Notes under the pieces: generated by a model
Databases searched by the model: none
What the model was told of the DNA's origin: nothing
Seen by the model: the letters and a program-made list of their open reading frames with translations, nothing else
Assembly: GCF_001194135.2 (NCBI RefSeq)
Contig: NC_068981.1
Coordinates: 184,078,955-184,120,423, forward strand
Direction of reading: 5' to 3'
Length of the DNA stretch: 41,469 bases
Source of the DNA: Octopus bimaculoides
Taxonomy: Eukaryota
Position numbers and translations under genes: made by a program
Shown: piece by piece, positions 11,401 through 24,328 of the stretch
Layout of the letters: every line of letters begins with the position of its first letter
Numbering within the stretch: the first letter of the stretch is position 1

Positions 11401-13490
11401 CCAACCCATGCTAGCATGGAAAGCGGATGTTAAACGACGATGATGATGATGAAAATGAAAATTCGGAAACTAACTTACCGGAACAGTGTTTGGGAAATAC
11501 AATTTTTTCTGAATACTTGACAGTTGCGAATCTACAGAATGACCAGAATCTTCAGAACAGTTTGATGAAGTTTGTCCAAGATTTGACTTGGATGGTTTGA
11601 GATTCCGTATGTACGATATTGATGCTTGCTCTTTCTTCACACAGACAGTATTTGAAACTTGCAATTTCCCTTCGTAATGGAAGTTTCTTGAAACGCTTAC
11701 TGCACACGTTGAGGATTTGAGTCTCTTGGAAGGATTGCCATCGAAGACTGCAGAGGAAACACCTGAGTGACTGGAATTGGTGTAAGAACTTAGAGAACTG
11801 TTAGACATTGATGATGAATGTGATGAAGATGAGGATGATGATGCCAGCTTTTGAGCCCTGATACACGTGTAATTAGTGATATAAGTCGCACAGAGTTGGA
11901 GACCTAAAACAGAAATAAATTGAGAAGATGAACTTCAGAACAAAACATATAACAGTAATTTTCAGTCAAACAAGATTTAGTGCTTTTATCTTTGATTTTT
12001 TTTTTACTTGTTTCAGTCATTAGACTGTGGCCATGCTGAGAGTAGTGGAAGAATTGAACTCGATGGCTATTTCTGACATATTTAACCATCAACAAAATGG
12101 TAAAACAGAACCATGATTAAACTTACCCTCAACAACCAGTTTCAGGTTCAAGTAGTCAGAATCCTCTTGTGGGGTGTTGCAAAATATCTCCCTAAGTGTT
12201 TGGTACATCTCTTTGATATGCTGCAATATGAAAGTAGAAAGTCCCATGGTGAATAAGATATACAGACATACAAATATATACATTATTTACATTTGATGGA
12301 TATTTGTCCTCATCTTGTTTGTTGTTAACACAACGTTTCGGCTGATATACCCTCCAGTCTTCATCAGGTGTCTTGGGGAAATTTCAAACCTGGGTTCTCA
12401 TTCCTAAGGTGTTGTTGTTGTTGTTATTGTTATTATTATTGTTGTTATCATCACATCACCATCACCACCGCCACCATTATTCAGGTCACTGCCTGGAATC
12501 AAACTCGGAATCTTGAGGTTAGTAGCCCGCGCTCTTAACCACTATGCCATATGCCCATGGGCATAATGTACATAATTCCTCATCTCTTAAATATAAAACT
12601 GTATCACATATATACATGTTGCCATGGAGGAGAATTTTCCCAAGACTAATTCCGTAGGGAAAGGTCTTCCCATGGTCAAATGTACTCAAACATGTTAAAA
12701 GTAACTTTACATGAATACATTTTATTCAATGCTGCTTTGTGCAACTTTATTTATTTAAATCTAACTTCATCAAGCTTTATGCATATCAGAAAACATACTG
12801 TTTGCTGTTGTTGTTCAAAATGAATTGTTCATTTTGGGCTGTGAAAGGTAGATTTTATGTTCATAGATGATGATGCAAAAAAAAAAAACCCCCAAAAAAA
12901 CAGTAAGATACATGTGTCCTGCGAGCCAATGTTATCATTCACAACCAATGTGTTTCCATACATGTTGTTTAGAATTTTCTCCCAAGACTATTTCAGCACC
13001 AAAAAGTCTTCCCATGTCCAAGTGCAGTTAAGACTTTAAATATGACTTCACATGAATACACTTTATTCAATGCTGCTTCATGTGACTTTATAAATACATA
13101 ATCTAAATTATAAGCAAAAGGTACAAGATAAGGGTAATTATATCAAATACCACGTTCACCTCATTAAATCAAGAATCAGCTTTGAAGTGATGTCATTTTC
13201 AGTCTCCTGTGAAAATATATCTGGCTGTTGTACTGTTTTGTATTCAAAAGACGAGAGGGAAATATTACCCTGCTTGGAAACAGGTGAGCGATGACAAGAA
13301 GAAGAGCATCAGGCAGCAGAAAAATCTGCTTTAATTAATATTGCCTGATCGATCCAGGCAAGGTTAGAAAAGTGGATGTTAAAAATGATGATGTCACAGG
13401 TACACACGTCATTATCATTTAACATTCACTTAGCCCCAAGATTCCGAGTTCGATTCCAGGCAGTGACCTGAACAACAACAACAGCAACAA

Positions 13491-13523
<33 letters not shown>

Positions 13524-14511
13524 AAAATACCTTAGGAATGAGAACCCAGGTTCGAAATTTCCCCAAGACACCTGATGAAGGCTGGAGGGTATATCAGCCG
13601 AAATGTTGTCATCATCATCATCATTTAACGTCTGCTTTCCATGCTAGCATGGGTTGGACGATTTGACTGGGGACTGGCGAACCGAATGGTTACACCAGAC
13701 TCCAATCTGATCTGGCAGAGTTTCTATAGCTGGATGCCCTTCCTAACGCCAACCACTCTGAGAGTGTAGTGGGTGCTTTTTATATGCCACCGGCACGAGG
13801 GCCAGTCCAGCAGTACTGGCAATGGCCATGCTCAAATGGTGTTTTTTACGTGCCACCTACATAGGAGCCAGTCCAATGTTTTGTTCACACGCCACCGGCA
13901 CAAGTGCCAGTAAGCTGGAAACGATCGTGCTCAAATGGTGCTTTTTACGTGCCACCAGCGTTAACAGCAAACAAGATGAGAACAAATATCCATCAAATGT
14001 AAATAATGTACATAATTCCTCATAAATTATGTGTATAACTATACATGCACATTCACAAACACGCATCATTTAACTTAGTCAATGGATTGTGGCCCAGCTG
14101 GAGTACCACTTTCAAGGGTTTAGTCTGATATCAACCTCAGTATATATTTCTATCTGGTAGTTATTTTATCAATCTCTCTTTGTTGAACTGCTAAGCAATA
14201 GAGCATATAGAGACACCACCTTAGTGACATAGGTTTTTTAAATACACACACAAACACTTGTATATGTACCTCACTTAAAAATTAAGAAGACCCTAGGGCT
14301 CCAATAAGAAGAAATAAAATACCTGAGAAGGACGGGTGATAAATGCACTGATACTGGTCTGTTTCACAGCTGAGATGCACTCCTAGAAAAATAATAATAA
14401 TAATGATAATAATAATAATAATAATAGTAGTAATAGTAACAGTAATAATAATAATAATAATAATAATAGTAATAATGATAATAATAATAGTAATAATAGT
14501 AATAATAGTAA

Positions 14512-14558
<47 letters not shown>

Positions 14559-15951
14559 ACAGCAACAACAACAACAACCCTTTCTACTATAGGCACAAGG
14601 CCTGAAATTTGAAGGGAGTGGGTAAGTCAATTACATCAACATTAATGATTAACTGGTACTTAATTCATTGACCCCGAAGAGATGAAAGGCAAAGTCAACC
14701 TTGGCGGAATTTAAATTCAGATGAAATACCTGAGTATTTTGCCCAGCATGCTAATGATTCTGCCAGCTTCCCGCCTTAATAATAATCATTTCAAATTTTG
14801 CCATAAGGGCAGCCATTTTGGTGGGAGGCGACTAGTCGATTACATCGACCTCAGTGTTTTACTGGTACTTAATTTATTGACCCCGAAAGGATGAAAGGCA
14901 AAGTCGACTTTGGTGGAAATTGAACACAGAATGTAGCGACAGGCAAAATACTGCTAAGCATTGTTAATAATAATAACAATCCTTTCTACNNNNNNNNNNN
15001 NNNNNNNNNNNNNNNNNNNNNNNNNNNNNNNNNNNNNNNNNNNNNNNNNNNNNNNNNNNNNNNNNNNNNNNNNNNNNNNNNNNNNNNNNNNNNNNNNNNN
15101 NNNNNNNNNNNNNNNNNNNNNNNNNNNNNNNNNNNNNNNNNNNNNNNNNNNNNNNNNNNNNNNNNNNNNNNNNNNNNNNNNNNNNNNNNNNNNNNNNNNN
15201 NNNNNNNNNNNNNNNNNNNNNNNNNNNNNNNNNNNNNNNNNNNNNNNNNNNNNNNNNNNNNNNNNNNNNNNNNNNNNNNNNNNNNNNNNNNNNNNNNNNN
15301 NNNNNNNNNNNNNNNNNNNNNNNNNNNNNNNNNNNNNNNNNNNNNNNNNNNNNNNNNNNNNNNNNNNNNNNNNNNNNNNNNNNNNNNNNNNNNNNNNNNN
15401 NNNNNNNNNNNNNNNNNNNNNNNNNNNNNNNNNNNNNNNNNNNNNNNNNNNNNNNNNNNNNNNNNNNNNNNNNNNNNNNNNNNNNNNNNNNNNNNNNNNN
15501 NNNNNNNNNNNNNNNNNNNNNNNNNNNNNNNNNNNNNNNNNNNNNNNNNNNNNNNNNNNNNNNNNNNNNNNNNNNNNNNNNNNNNNNNNNNNNNNNNNNN
15601 NNNNNNNNNNNNNNNNNNNNNNNNNNNNNNNNNNNNNNNNNNNNNNNNNNNNNNNNNNNNNNNNNNNNNNNNNNNNNNNNNNNNNNNNNNNNNNNNNNNN
15701 NNNNNNNNNNNNNNNAGCAGGCGCATTTGATATGATAAAGAAATATTCAGACAAATACATAACAAAAACACCAGGACTAACAAGTATATATAACATACAG
15801 AAAATTGCACTACTGGGCACTGCACACATCCTACGCAAAACACTTTCAATACAGTAACCATAAGAGCATCACAGCAAACCACAGCACATACCCAAGGCAC
15901 ACAGAGCTGCGCTCGATAGTGAAGTGAAAGCATGCTATAAAAATAAAACTA

Positions 15952-15986
<35 letters not shown>

Positions 15987-16376
15987 AGTCAGAATCATCA
16001 GGAAAATATTAAATAGTTGAAAAGAACAAACAGTATGGTATCAAAGGCTGCAGGTAGCAAGCTCACTTTGCATGCAAGACACAAGGAGTTCCAACAAAAC
16101 CAGAGTTTGAAGGCAAAGAAAAAGGGAGGAGGAGGAGAAGAAGACAAAAACAGAGAAGAAGAGGAGCAGGAAGAGAAGGAAGAGTAGGTGCAGGAGGAGG
16201 AGAACTGTTTAAAATTCACTCACAAGGCATTAGTCATCCAGGGTGGTGGGACTATAGTAGAAAACAAATGCCTGAGGTACCACATAGTGGGATTGAACCT
16301 GAAACCATGTAGTTGCAAAGTGAGCCTCTTAACCCCACAGCCATGCCTGCACCTACATGTATGCTACACACATACA

Positions 16377-16421
<45 letters not shown>

Positions 16422-17096
16422 ATGCATGTTATGCACATTTAAACTTACCTTGAGGAACATTTTGAAGTTTGCATTATTCTGAAGGTCTTTCAGGACAGTG
16501 TTGGCTTGACTGAGGCCCTGCGCATAAACCTTGTATGCTTGACAGATCATCTGAAGCTAGAAATTAAATAACAAAAACATTTCATATGACAATAACATAT
16601 CTTTTTTACAAAATAATTAATAGCAACAGAAGCAGTATGACTACCAGAAAGTAAACTGTATTCTCCAACTTAACATGAACATTACGTTAAAACACAGAAA
16701 AACTACATTATTTACCTTGAGAGGGCTTCTCATATAAACTTGTGATGCATAAAACCACTCTTATTTATATTGCTGACAAGACCTGTCTGCAATTGCCACC
16801 GGGACTGCCAGATCATGTGATTTTGCTGTTTTGAGCTCTTCAGTGACAGAAATTTAGTTGTGTTATAACAGCCAAATTTCCCATCAATGATACTCTTTTA
16901 CTTGTTTCAGTCATTTGACTGCGGCCATGCTGGAGCACCGCCTTTAGTCGAGCAAATCGACCGCCAGGACTTATTCTTTGTAAGCCTAGTACTTATTCTA
17001 TCGGTCTCTTTTGCCGAACCTCTAAGTTACGGGGACGTAAACACACCAGCATCGGTTGTCAAGCGATGTTGGGGGGACAAACACAGACACACAAAC

Positions 17097-17127
<31 letters not shown>

Positions 17128-19387
17128 TACGACGGGTTTCTTTCTGTTTCCGTCTACCAAATCCACTAACAAGGCTTTGGTCGGCCTGAGGCTATAGTAG
17201 AAAACACTTGCCCAAGGTGCCACACAGTAGGACTGAACCCAGAACGATGTGGTCGGTAAGCAAGCTACTTACCACACAGCCACTTCTGCGCCTATATAGA
17301 CTATCAGTATCAATTCTGACACTTACATTGCAAATAGCCAGTGGGCTTATTAAAAAAATCCTTGCAAGCAGAAGTGACCAAAATGGGGGTTTCTTCAAAG
17401 GATCTGTGGAGTGATGTTACTTGACAAGGTGTACAGCTCAGAGAACAGAGAACCTAACCATACCAAACCACACCTTCTCAGCAATGAAAGGTCAAAGCTC
17501 CAGTATAATGGAGATGTCACAGGAAAGAATCACAAGACAGATTCTTCAAGCTGACCAGCAGGCAGGAGTCCTAGACACAGACTACAAATAAGATGGTTGG
17601 ATATGGTTGTTGTCATTTAACGTCCACTTTCAATGCTGGCATGGGTTGGACAGTTTGACATGTTGCTCTCCAGACTCCAGCTATCTGTTATGGCATGGTT
17701 TCTATGGCTGGATTCCCTTCCTTTCTTGATGCCAATCACTTAACAGAGGGTGCTGTGTGCTTTTTACATGTCACTGCACAGGTACATGAATGCTTTTTAA
17801 GTGATACCAGCACCGGAAAACCCAAGCCTGTGTGGAAGGCAGTGATTGTCTTAATTGGTCATGCTTAAGAATCCAGTTGGAAAGTATATTAATGGTCACT
17901 TCTCAGGCACCTCCACCACTGGGTCCTATCAGCGGTGGTGTCTGAGGACTACCCCAAAGACCCAGTGGTGGAGGTGTCTGAGGACTACCTCAAGGACCCA
18001 GTAGTGGAAGTGACTGAGGACTACCCCAAGGACCCAATGGTGGAGGTGCCTGAGGACTACCCCACAACCCTTTCAAGAGTAGTAAGCAGAGAGAAGAATG
18101 AATGGATGAAGATATAGCAGGAAAATCTCACTCCAAACCTTACCCTACCATTAAAAGAAAACATTGGACAATGTAATCCTGGATATACAATGTCTGGTAA
18201 AAAAAAAAAAAAAAAAACAGTCCAAAGTGGGACACATTTAAAGAGTATGCTCTGACATCTCATTGTCACCATCCTTGTCTTTCCTCCAGCCACTCCCACC
18301 TACCCTTATATAATGTGGGGTAACCATGTATCTCCTTTATAGCAAGATACCAGTGTCTATCCCTCTATCATACGTTAACCTCTCCACACTTCCCTCTCTT
18401 CTATGACTGCACTCAGTCAAGGGAGCTTTCCCTTTGTCTTTAGAGTTACTTGGCAAACTCACTGGCGCTAATATGGGAGGGAGGGGGAGATCCCACCCAG
18501 TTCGTCTGTAAAGCGGTTGGCATTGATAAGTAGAGTGAAAGGCAACGAGCTGGCAGAATCGCTACCACACTGGGCGAAATACTTAGTAGTATTTTGTCTG
18601 CTGTTACGTTCTGAGTTCAAATTCCAGCGAGGTCGACTTTGCCTTTAATCCTTTCAGGGTCAATAAATTAAGTACCAGTTGAGTAGTGGGGTCAATGTAA
18701 TCAACTATCCCCCTCTCCAAAATTTCAGGCCTTGTGCCTATAGTAGAAAGGATTAATAAGTAGAGTGGAATTTATTAAAGCCTCTATGAGGTTGCTTGAT
18801 CAGCTACAAACAGCAACAAAATCCTCTTCATATCAACACCCTACTATATCAAGAAAGGGACACATTGGATAATGAATCTTTTACTTTTTTATCTTTAACG
18901 TGTTTCAGTCATTAGACTGTGACCATGCTGGGGCACTGCCTTGAAGAATTTTTAGTCAAATGAATCGACCCCAGTACTTACTTTATTTTTAAAAAGCCTG
19001 GTTCTTATCCTATCGGTAACTTTTGTCAAACTACTAAGTTATGGGGACTTAAACACACCAACACTAGTTAAGCAGCGGTGGGGGACCAAACACTGAGACA
19101 CGCGTGCGACAGGCTTTCTTCAGCTTTTGTCAACCAAATCCACTCACAAGGCTTTGGTTGGCTTGAGACAATTGTAGATGATGCTTGAGTTGCCACATAG
19201 TGGAACCTTGGGCAAATGTGCCTGAAAAAATGAGATGGCCATAGTTGGAACATCTTTAGCAGTAAGCCTGTTTGATCAGGACTTATATGTGGTTGTGCAA
19301 CAACATAGAACCAACAATGGCTACAACATAAAAATACAGCAACAATATCAAAGTATTATGAACAATAGCAACACCACCACCACCACC

Positions 19388-19451
<64 letters not shown>

Positions 19452-21273
19452 GCAGCAGCAGCAGCAGCAGCAGCAACATCCCCAACAACACCATTCCCAC
19501 CATCAACATCAACGACAACATTCTTACCTTAGATTTATAAATGAGGCCAACATTGTGTATGATGTTAGAATCAGTCTCTGATGTATCATCTGTTTCCGTG
19601 GAACTACAAGATGGTGTGTTGTATTGAAGCTGTTTCAGAAGATATTCTGACAATGTCACCAACTGAAAGTCAATCAATAAATTAGAAAGTTTATTAACCA
19701 CTTAATATATTATCCTGTATATTTTCATTCAGAGATGTCTGATAAATATATATTTGAATGAAAATATATGCTCACTGTACTTGTCACTTATTTCTACCCT
19801 GAAATACTTCGTCCATGATATTTCCAGTTTCCTATCATTAACGATCAGTAATTATCATTTCTACCAGTAATTTCATAATAAATCATAAACTGATCCAAAA
19901 TAATTTGTGTACTTACTCTTCCTTATAGACAAGATTCAAAACAAATAATAAAGAAATATGTTTTTGGTATGGAAACTGAAAAAAAATGTGTATGTTAAGA
20001 AGTTAACAATAAATCACCTGTTCCACACATCCCAACCCTTATATTGAATAACATTTCATATTTGATAAACTAGGATGAAGACTAAAGAAAGTATTCTTCA
20101 AATGAAATGCACAAACATACAAGTTTATCATTGTGTGGTACTTTTGGAACCAAATTAGCTTTAAATTCCAATATTAACGAACAACATAATTTTGTGCTAA
20201 TAATTATAGGCAGCAAGCTGGCAGAAACGTTAGCACGCCGGGCAAAATGCTTAGTGGTATTTTGTCTGCTGTTACATTCTGAGTTCAAATTCCATCGAGG
20301 TCGACTTTGCCTTTCATCCTTTCGGGATCAATAAATTAAGTACCAGTAATCGACTTAATACCTTTGTTTGTCCCCTCTATGTTTATCCCCTTGTGGGCAA
20401 TAAAGAAATAAGGATTATTAGCACATGAAGAAAAATGCTTCACAGCATTTCGTCTGTCTTTATGTTCTGAGTTCAAATTCCACTGAGATTAACTTCACCT
20501 TTCAGGGTTGATAAAATAAATACCAGTAGATTACTGAGATCAATGTAATCAACTTACCCCCTCTCCTGAAATTGCTGGCCTTGTCCCAAAATTTGAATAT
20601 TAATGAGCAGGTGAGAAGATTCTCTCTCCAGCTAGTCTATTATCACAAGTATCAATAAGGCAGCGTGTTGGCAGAATTGTTAGTATGTCGGACAAAACGC
20701 TCAGAAGCATTTGTTCCAGATCTTTATGTTCTGAGTTCAAATATTGCTGAGGTCGACCATGCTTTGCATCCTTTCTTTGTTGATAAAATAAATACCAGTT
20801 TCGTTGGCCTTTTACCAAAGATTATAAGAAATTACAGCAAGTATAAACCCCAAAGATATAGCTCATGTAATTAAAATGTCCTCAGAAACCCAGATAACAT
20901 CAGAGTCGTGAGACTAAGCTTGAGGCAGCTATTTTTCTATGTAGTCAGCTGATTTGCTAGAAACTGCAACTAAATCTCCCTTGAATCATACCAATTGTCC
21001 TTAAAAAATAACAGGACACTTTGGATAATGTAGTTCTAAATAGCTATACTATGTCTAAATAAAAAAAAGATGAAGATATAATTTGTATATTTTTTGATGA
21101 TATATGCCTGTTCAGACATGCCAACCAGGGGTTAAACAACATAAATAAGAACAAGAACTAACCAATTTAGAAACAGACCTTACACGAGTATTGTATCTTG
21201 AACAATCCTTCAAAATAGTGTCGTATGTTATGGATGGTTCAAATATCACAATAAAATGTACCTAGTACATGTA

Positions 21274-21320
<47 letters not shown>

Positions 21321-24266
21321 GGATGGATGTATTCACACACATATTAGAATTTTTAGCAAAATTATACAATATATCAAGATCAAGGATTTGATTAAATAGT
21401 GAATAGTTTTCTATATGAACTACTGTTCAAATTGTTATCTATAAATACAGAATGATTTCAAACTGTATTCAGATTAAATCTACCCTCCATCCTCCTGGAT
21501 TGATAAAGTAAAGTGCCAGTTAAGTACAGTACAGTCAGATGTCATTCATGAGCAAATATGACTTCGTAACATGTACCACAGTTTTGTTAATTGTTTCAGA
21601 TGTCTATGTAACCACAAGTAGACCAAGATAAGCTCTTAGCCCCTTCACTCTTCACCTAACAGAATATCTAGGACATGACAGATAGAGAGAGAGAGAAGGA
21701 CTGCACTAGCAAGAGAAAACTGGAGTATCATGAAATGAAGATCTTTGCTCAAGGATACAATGTGCCACCCAACTTGGAGATTGAATCCACAATCTTGTGA
21801 TATGAGCTGAACACCCCAATGACTAGACCAAGTACCTCCACACCAGTCAATTACTGGGTAGACTTTATATATACTCCAACCCCAAAATTTGTGCAATGTT
21901 AGAATTTAATAAATATAGAATGTAAAGCACTGACCTTTTCAATATTTTGGAAGAGTTCTGTGTGTTGTTTTTGACTGATAATACAATGCCGTAATGGACG
22001 AGAGTATTGCTCAATACCTCCATGCATAAAATCGATATATTCTCGTTCCAAATCAACCAATTGTTGGATTGCTGCTGCCCTACTTTCTGACGTATCTGGC
22101 TTTGTTAACTGCAACACACACACACATACATGGAAATATAACATCATACATTACACATTATGGTATTTACTTCAATATATACAGATACATCATCAGCTTA
22201 CATCCCCCGCTTACTTTGTATCCTTACACTCACCTCTCTCCATCCATAATTTTCATCTCTTCCTCTCTTATAGCTTCCCCCACCTATCTCTTCTATTACA
22301 CATCTATCCTCATTTATCACAGGGATTTGGTTCCAAAAATACAGTGATAAATGAATCATATCCATGTACTTTCTAAATGAAACAAATGATTCATTGAAAC
22401 CAAACTCATGGCTCATAGCAGCAAATCTTCTACCAACATGTATTCTCTTGACCATGCCTGCCTTTTTGTGAAGAGCAGTGGTTCTCGACTGGGGTTCATA
22501 TTGCTCTTGGGGATCCATATAAGATTTTGTTGTTAAAATTTATGTGCAATTTATGTGTATTTTCAATACATAAAATATTTCAACAATTTTTTAATACAAT
22601 TCCAAACAATACAGGGTCCACCATAAGTAACTATATATTTTCTTTTGCTTGTAACTTTGTTGATACTTATTCAATTTTTCTATTTCATATGTCATTTGAA
22701 ACTGAAATCTTATATTTCTATTTCTTTTTTTCCCCCCTTACTATATTCACCCTTACAATGTAGGATAGCCCTGGACCCCACCCCTAATACAACCTACCCC
22801 ATTACCTCTCGACTGTGTTATTGTTTACTCTTTTACTCTCCACTACCACCCTGTTACAACCATACATCTGTTCCTCTTATCTTACCATTTCTCTTTACCC
22901 TGTCTAGAATTATTGTACCCTTTCTTTTCTATCACCCCCCCCCCCCGTTAAAGGGGCCACTTTAGGCCCTTAGCCTTGCAAGTTAGAAAAATGATCTTCA
23001 CTAGTATCATGCAATGAAAAAAGCACCAGATACTTTTCCTAAAGAGGTAGGCATTAAGAAGCGTCACCCAACCACAGAAACCATACGAAAGTAAGCAATG
23101 GAGTATGAAGCAGTTCTTTAATTCACCAGATCCTGTTGAACCGTCCAACCTATGCCAGCATGGAAGACAGAGGTGGGTGGTGGTGGTTATGGTGATGAGG
23201 ATGATGTGTGTAAGTGTGTATAACTGTTGAAGAATTCCCTATTTTTTCCTTTTTGAGAGCTGATCTGTTACATGCCAAAGTATGTGCCAAGCATATACTG
23301 CAACATATGAAAATAGGGACAATATATTTTCACCTGACACTGTGGCACATCTGAGCACTGCAGAGAATAAGCTAATCATTATCATTAATTATGTTCTAAA
23401 TTCTGCCGAAGTTGACTTTGCTTTTTATCCTTCTGGGGTCAATCAATTAAGTACCAGTCAAGTACTGGGGTCGATGTGATCAATTGTCCCCCTCCCCACA
23501 AAAATGCAGGCCTTGTGCCTATAGTAGAAAGGATTATGTTCTTAATGGATGGGTCTCCGTCATTTGACAAGATTCAGGTGTCCAATCAACTGGTTCCTTG
23601 GTCTTTTAATTAACATGTAAATGACAGCATTTTACAAACAGGTGTCCTTACCATAATTCTCAGACAGAATCAACATGGCACTGTGTGAGAAGGCTGTATA
23701 TTTAAAATCCAGGTAGAACCCATCCAACAGGATTCTATACAATGCCTTGTTGGTGAAATTTGGTAGACAGAACCTGCACACAAGTTAATCATGCATTTGT
23801 GTGTATACATGTTTTACATCTTGATACTTAAGAGTTTGACAAATAGAGATTGATAAAATCAGTACCAGATTTAAAATAAGTACAGAGATCATATAATCTT
23901 TTCTACTCTAGGCACAAGGCCTGAACATTTTTNNNNNNNNNNGGGGGGGGCTAGTCGATTAGATCGACCCCAGTAGGCAACTGGCACTTAATTTATTAAC
24001 CCCGAAAGGATGAAAGGCAAAGTCGACCTCGGTGGAATTTGAACTCAGAAAGTAAAGACAGATGAAATACCGCTAAGCATTTCACCTGGCATGCTAACAA
24101 TTCTGCTAGCTCGCCACCTTACAGAGATCATATAACGAACTAAAACCATGAAGGCATGGCCCGAGAATGGTCACAATCTAATGACTGAAACCAGTAAAAG
24201 AATAAAAGTGTATGTGTGTGTGTGTATACACACACACACACACACAAACACATATTACATTACATC

Positions 24267-24328
<62 letters not shown>

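Larger units (their letters stand above)
13428..14012 (+). mobile_element. Family 4 copy B, 5'-truncated head, interrupted by a family 1 SINE
   Basis: attccgagttcgattccaggcag head and the hammerhead module; the tail resumes at 13960 (gttaacagcaaacaagatgag). Confidence 0.8.

Noticed and set aside
11858-11860. CAG acceptor at 11858-11860 as the start of exon 14
   Set aside because: Joining it to the phase-1 donor of exon 13 shifts frame and reaches a stop. The acceptor at 11904 keeps the frame and restores the DH helix.
12490-12556. Functional tRNA gene
   Set aside because: tRNA-like A/B boxes are present, but the stems are imperfect and the sequence is embedded in a multi-copy repeat; interpreted as a SINE head.
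13160-13206. Candidate exon ETENDITSKLILDLM
   Set aside because: It ends in phase 2 with no compatible partner, and exon 12 already supplies the DH segment.
14954-15933. Long ORFs made of X, also at 32484-33316
   Set aside because: Artefacts of the N-gaps.
21184-21261. Open phase 0/0 candidate exon (VHFIVIFEPSITYDTILKDCSRYNTR)
   Set aside because: Weak acceptor, and it would interrupt the continuous DH motif NIEK-LVTLSE.
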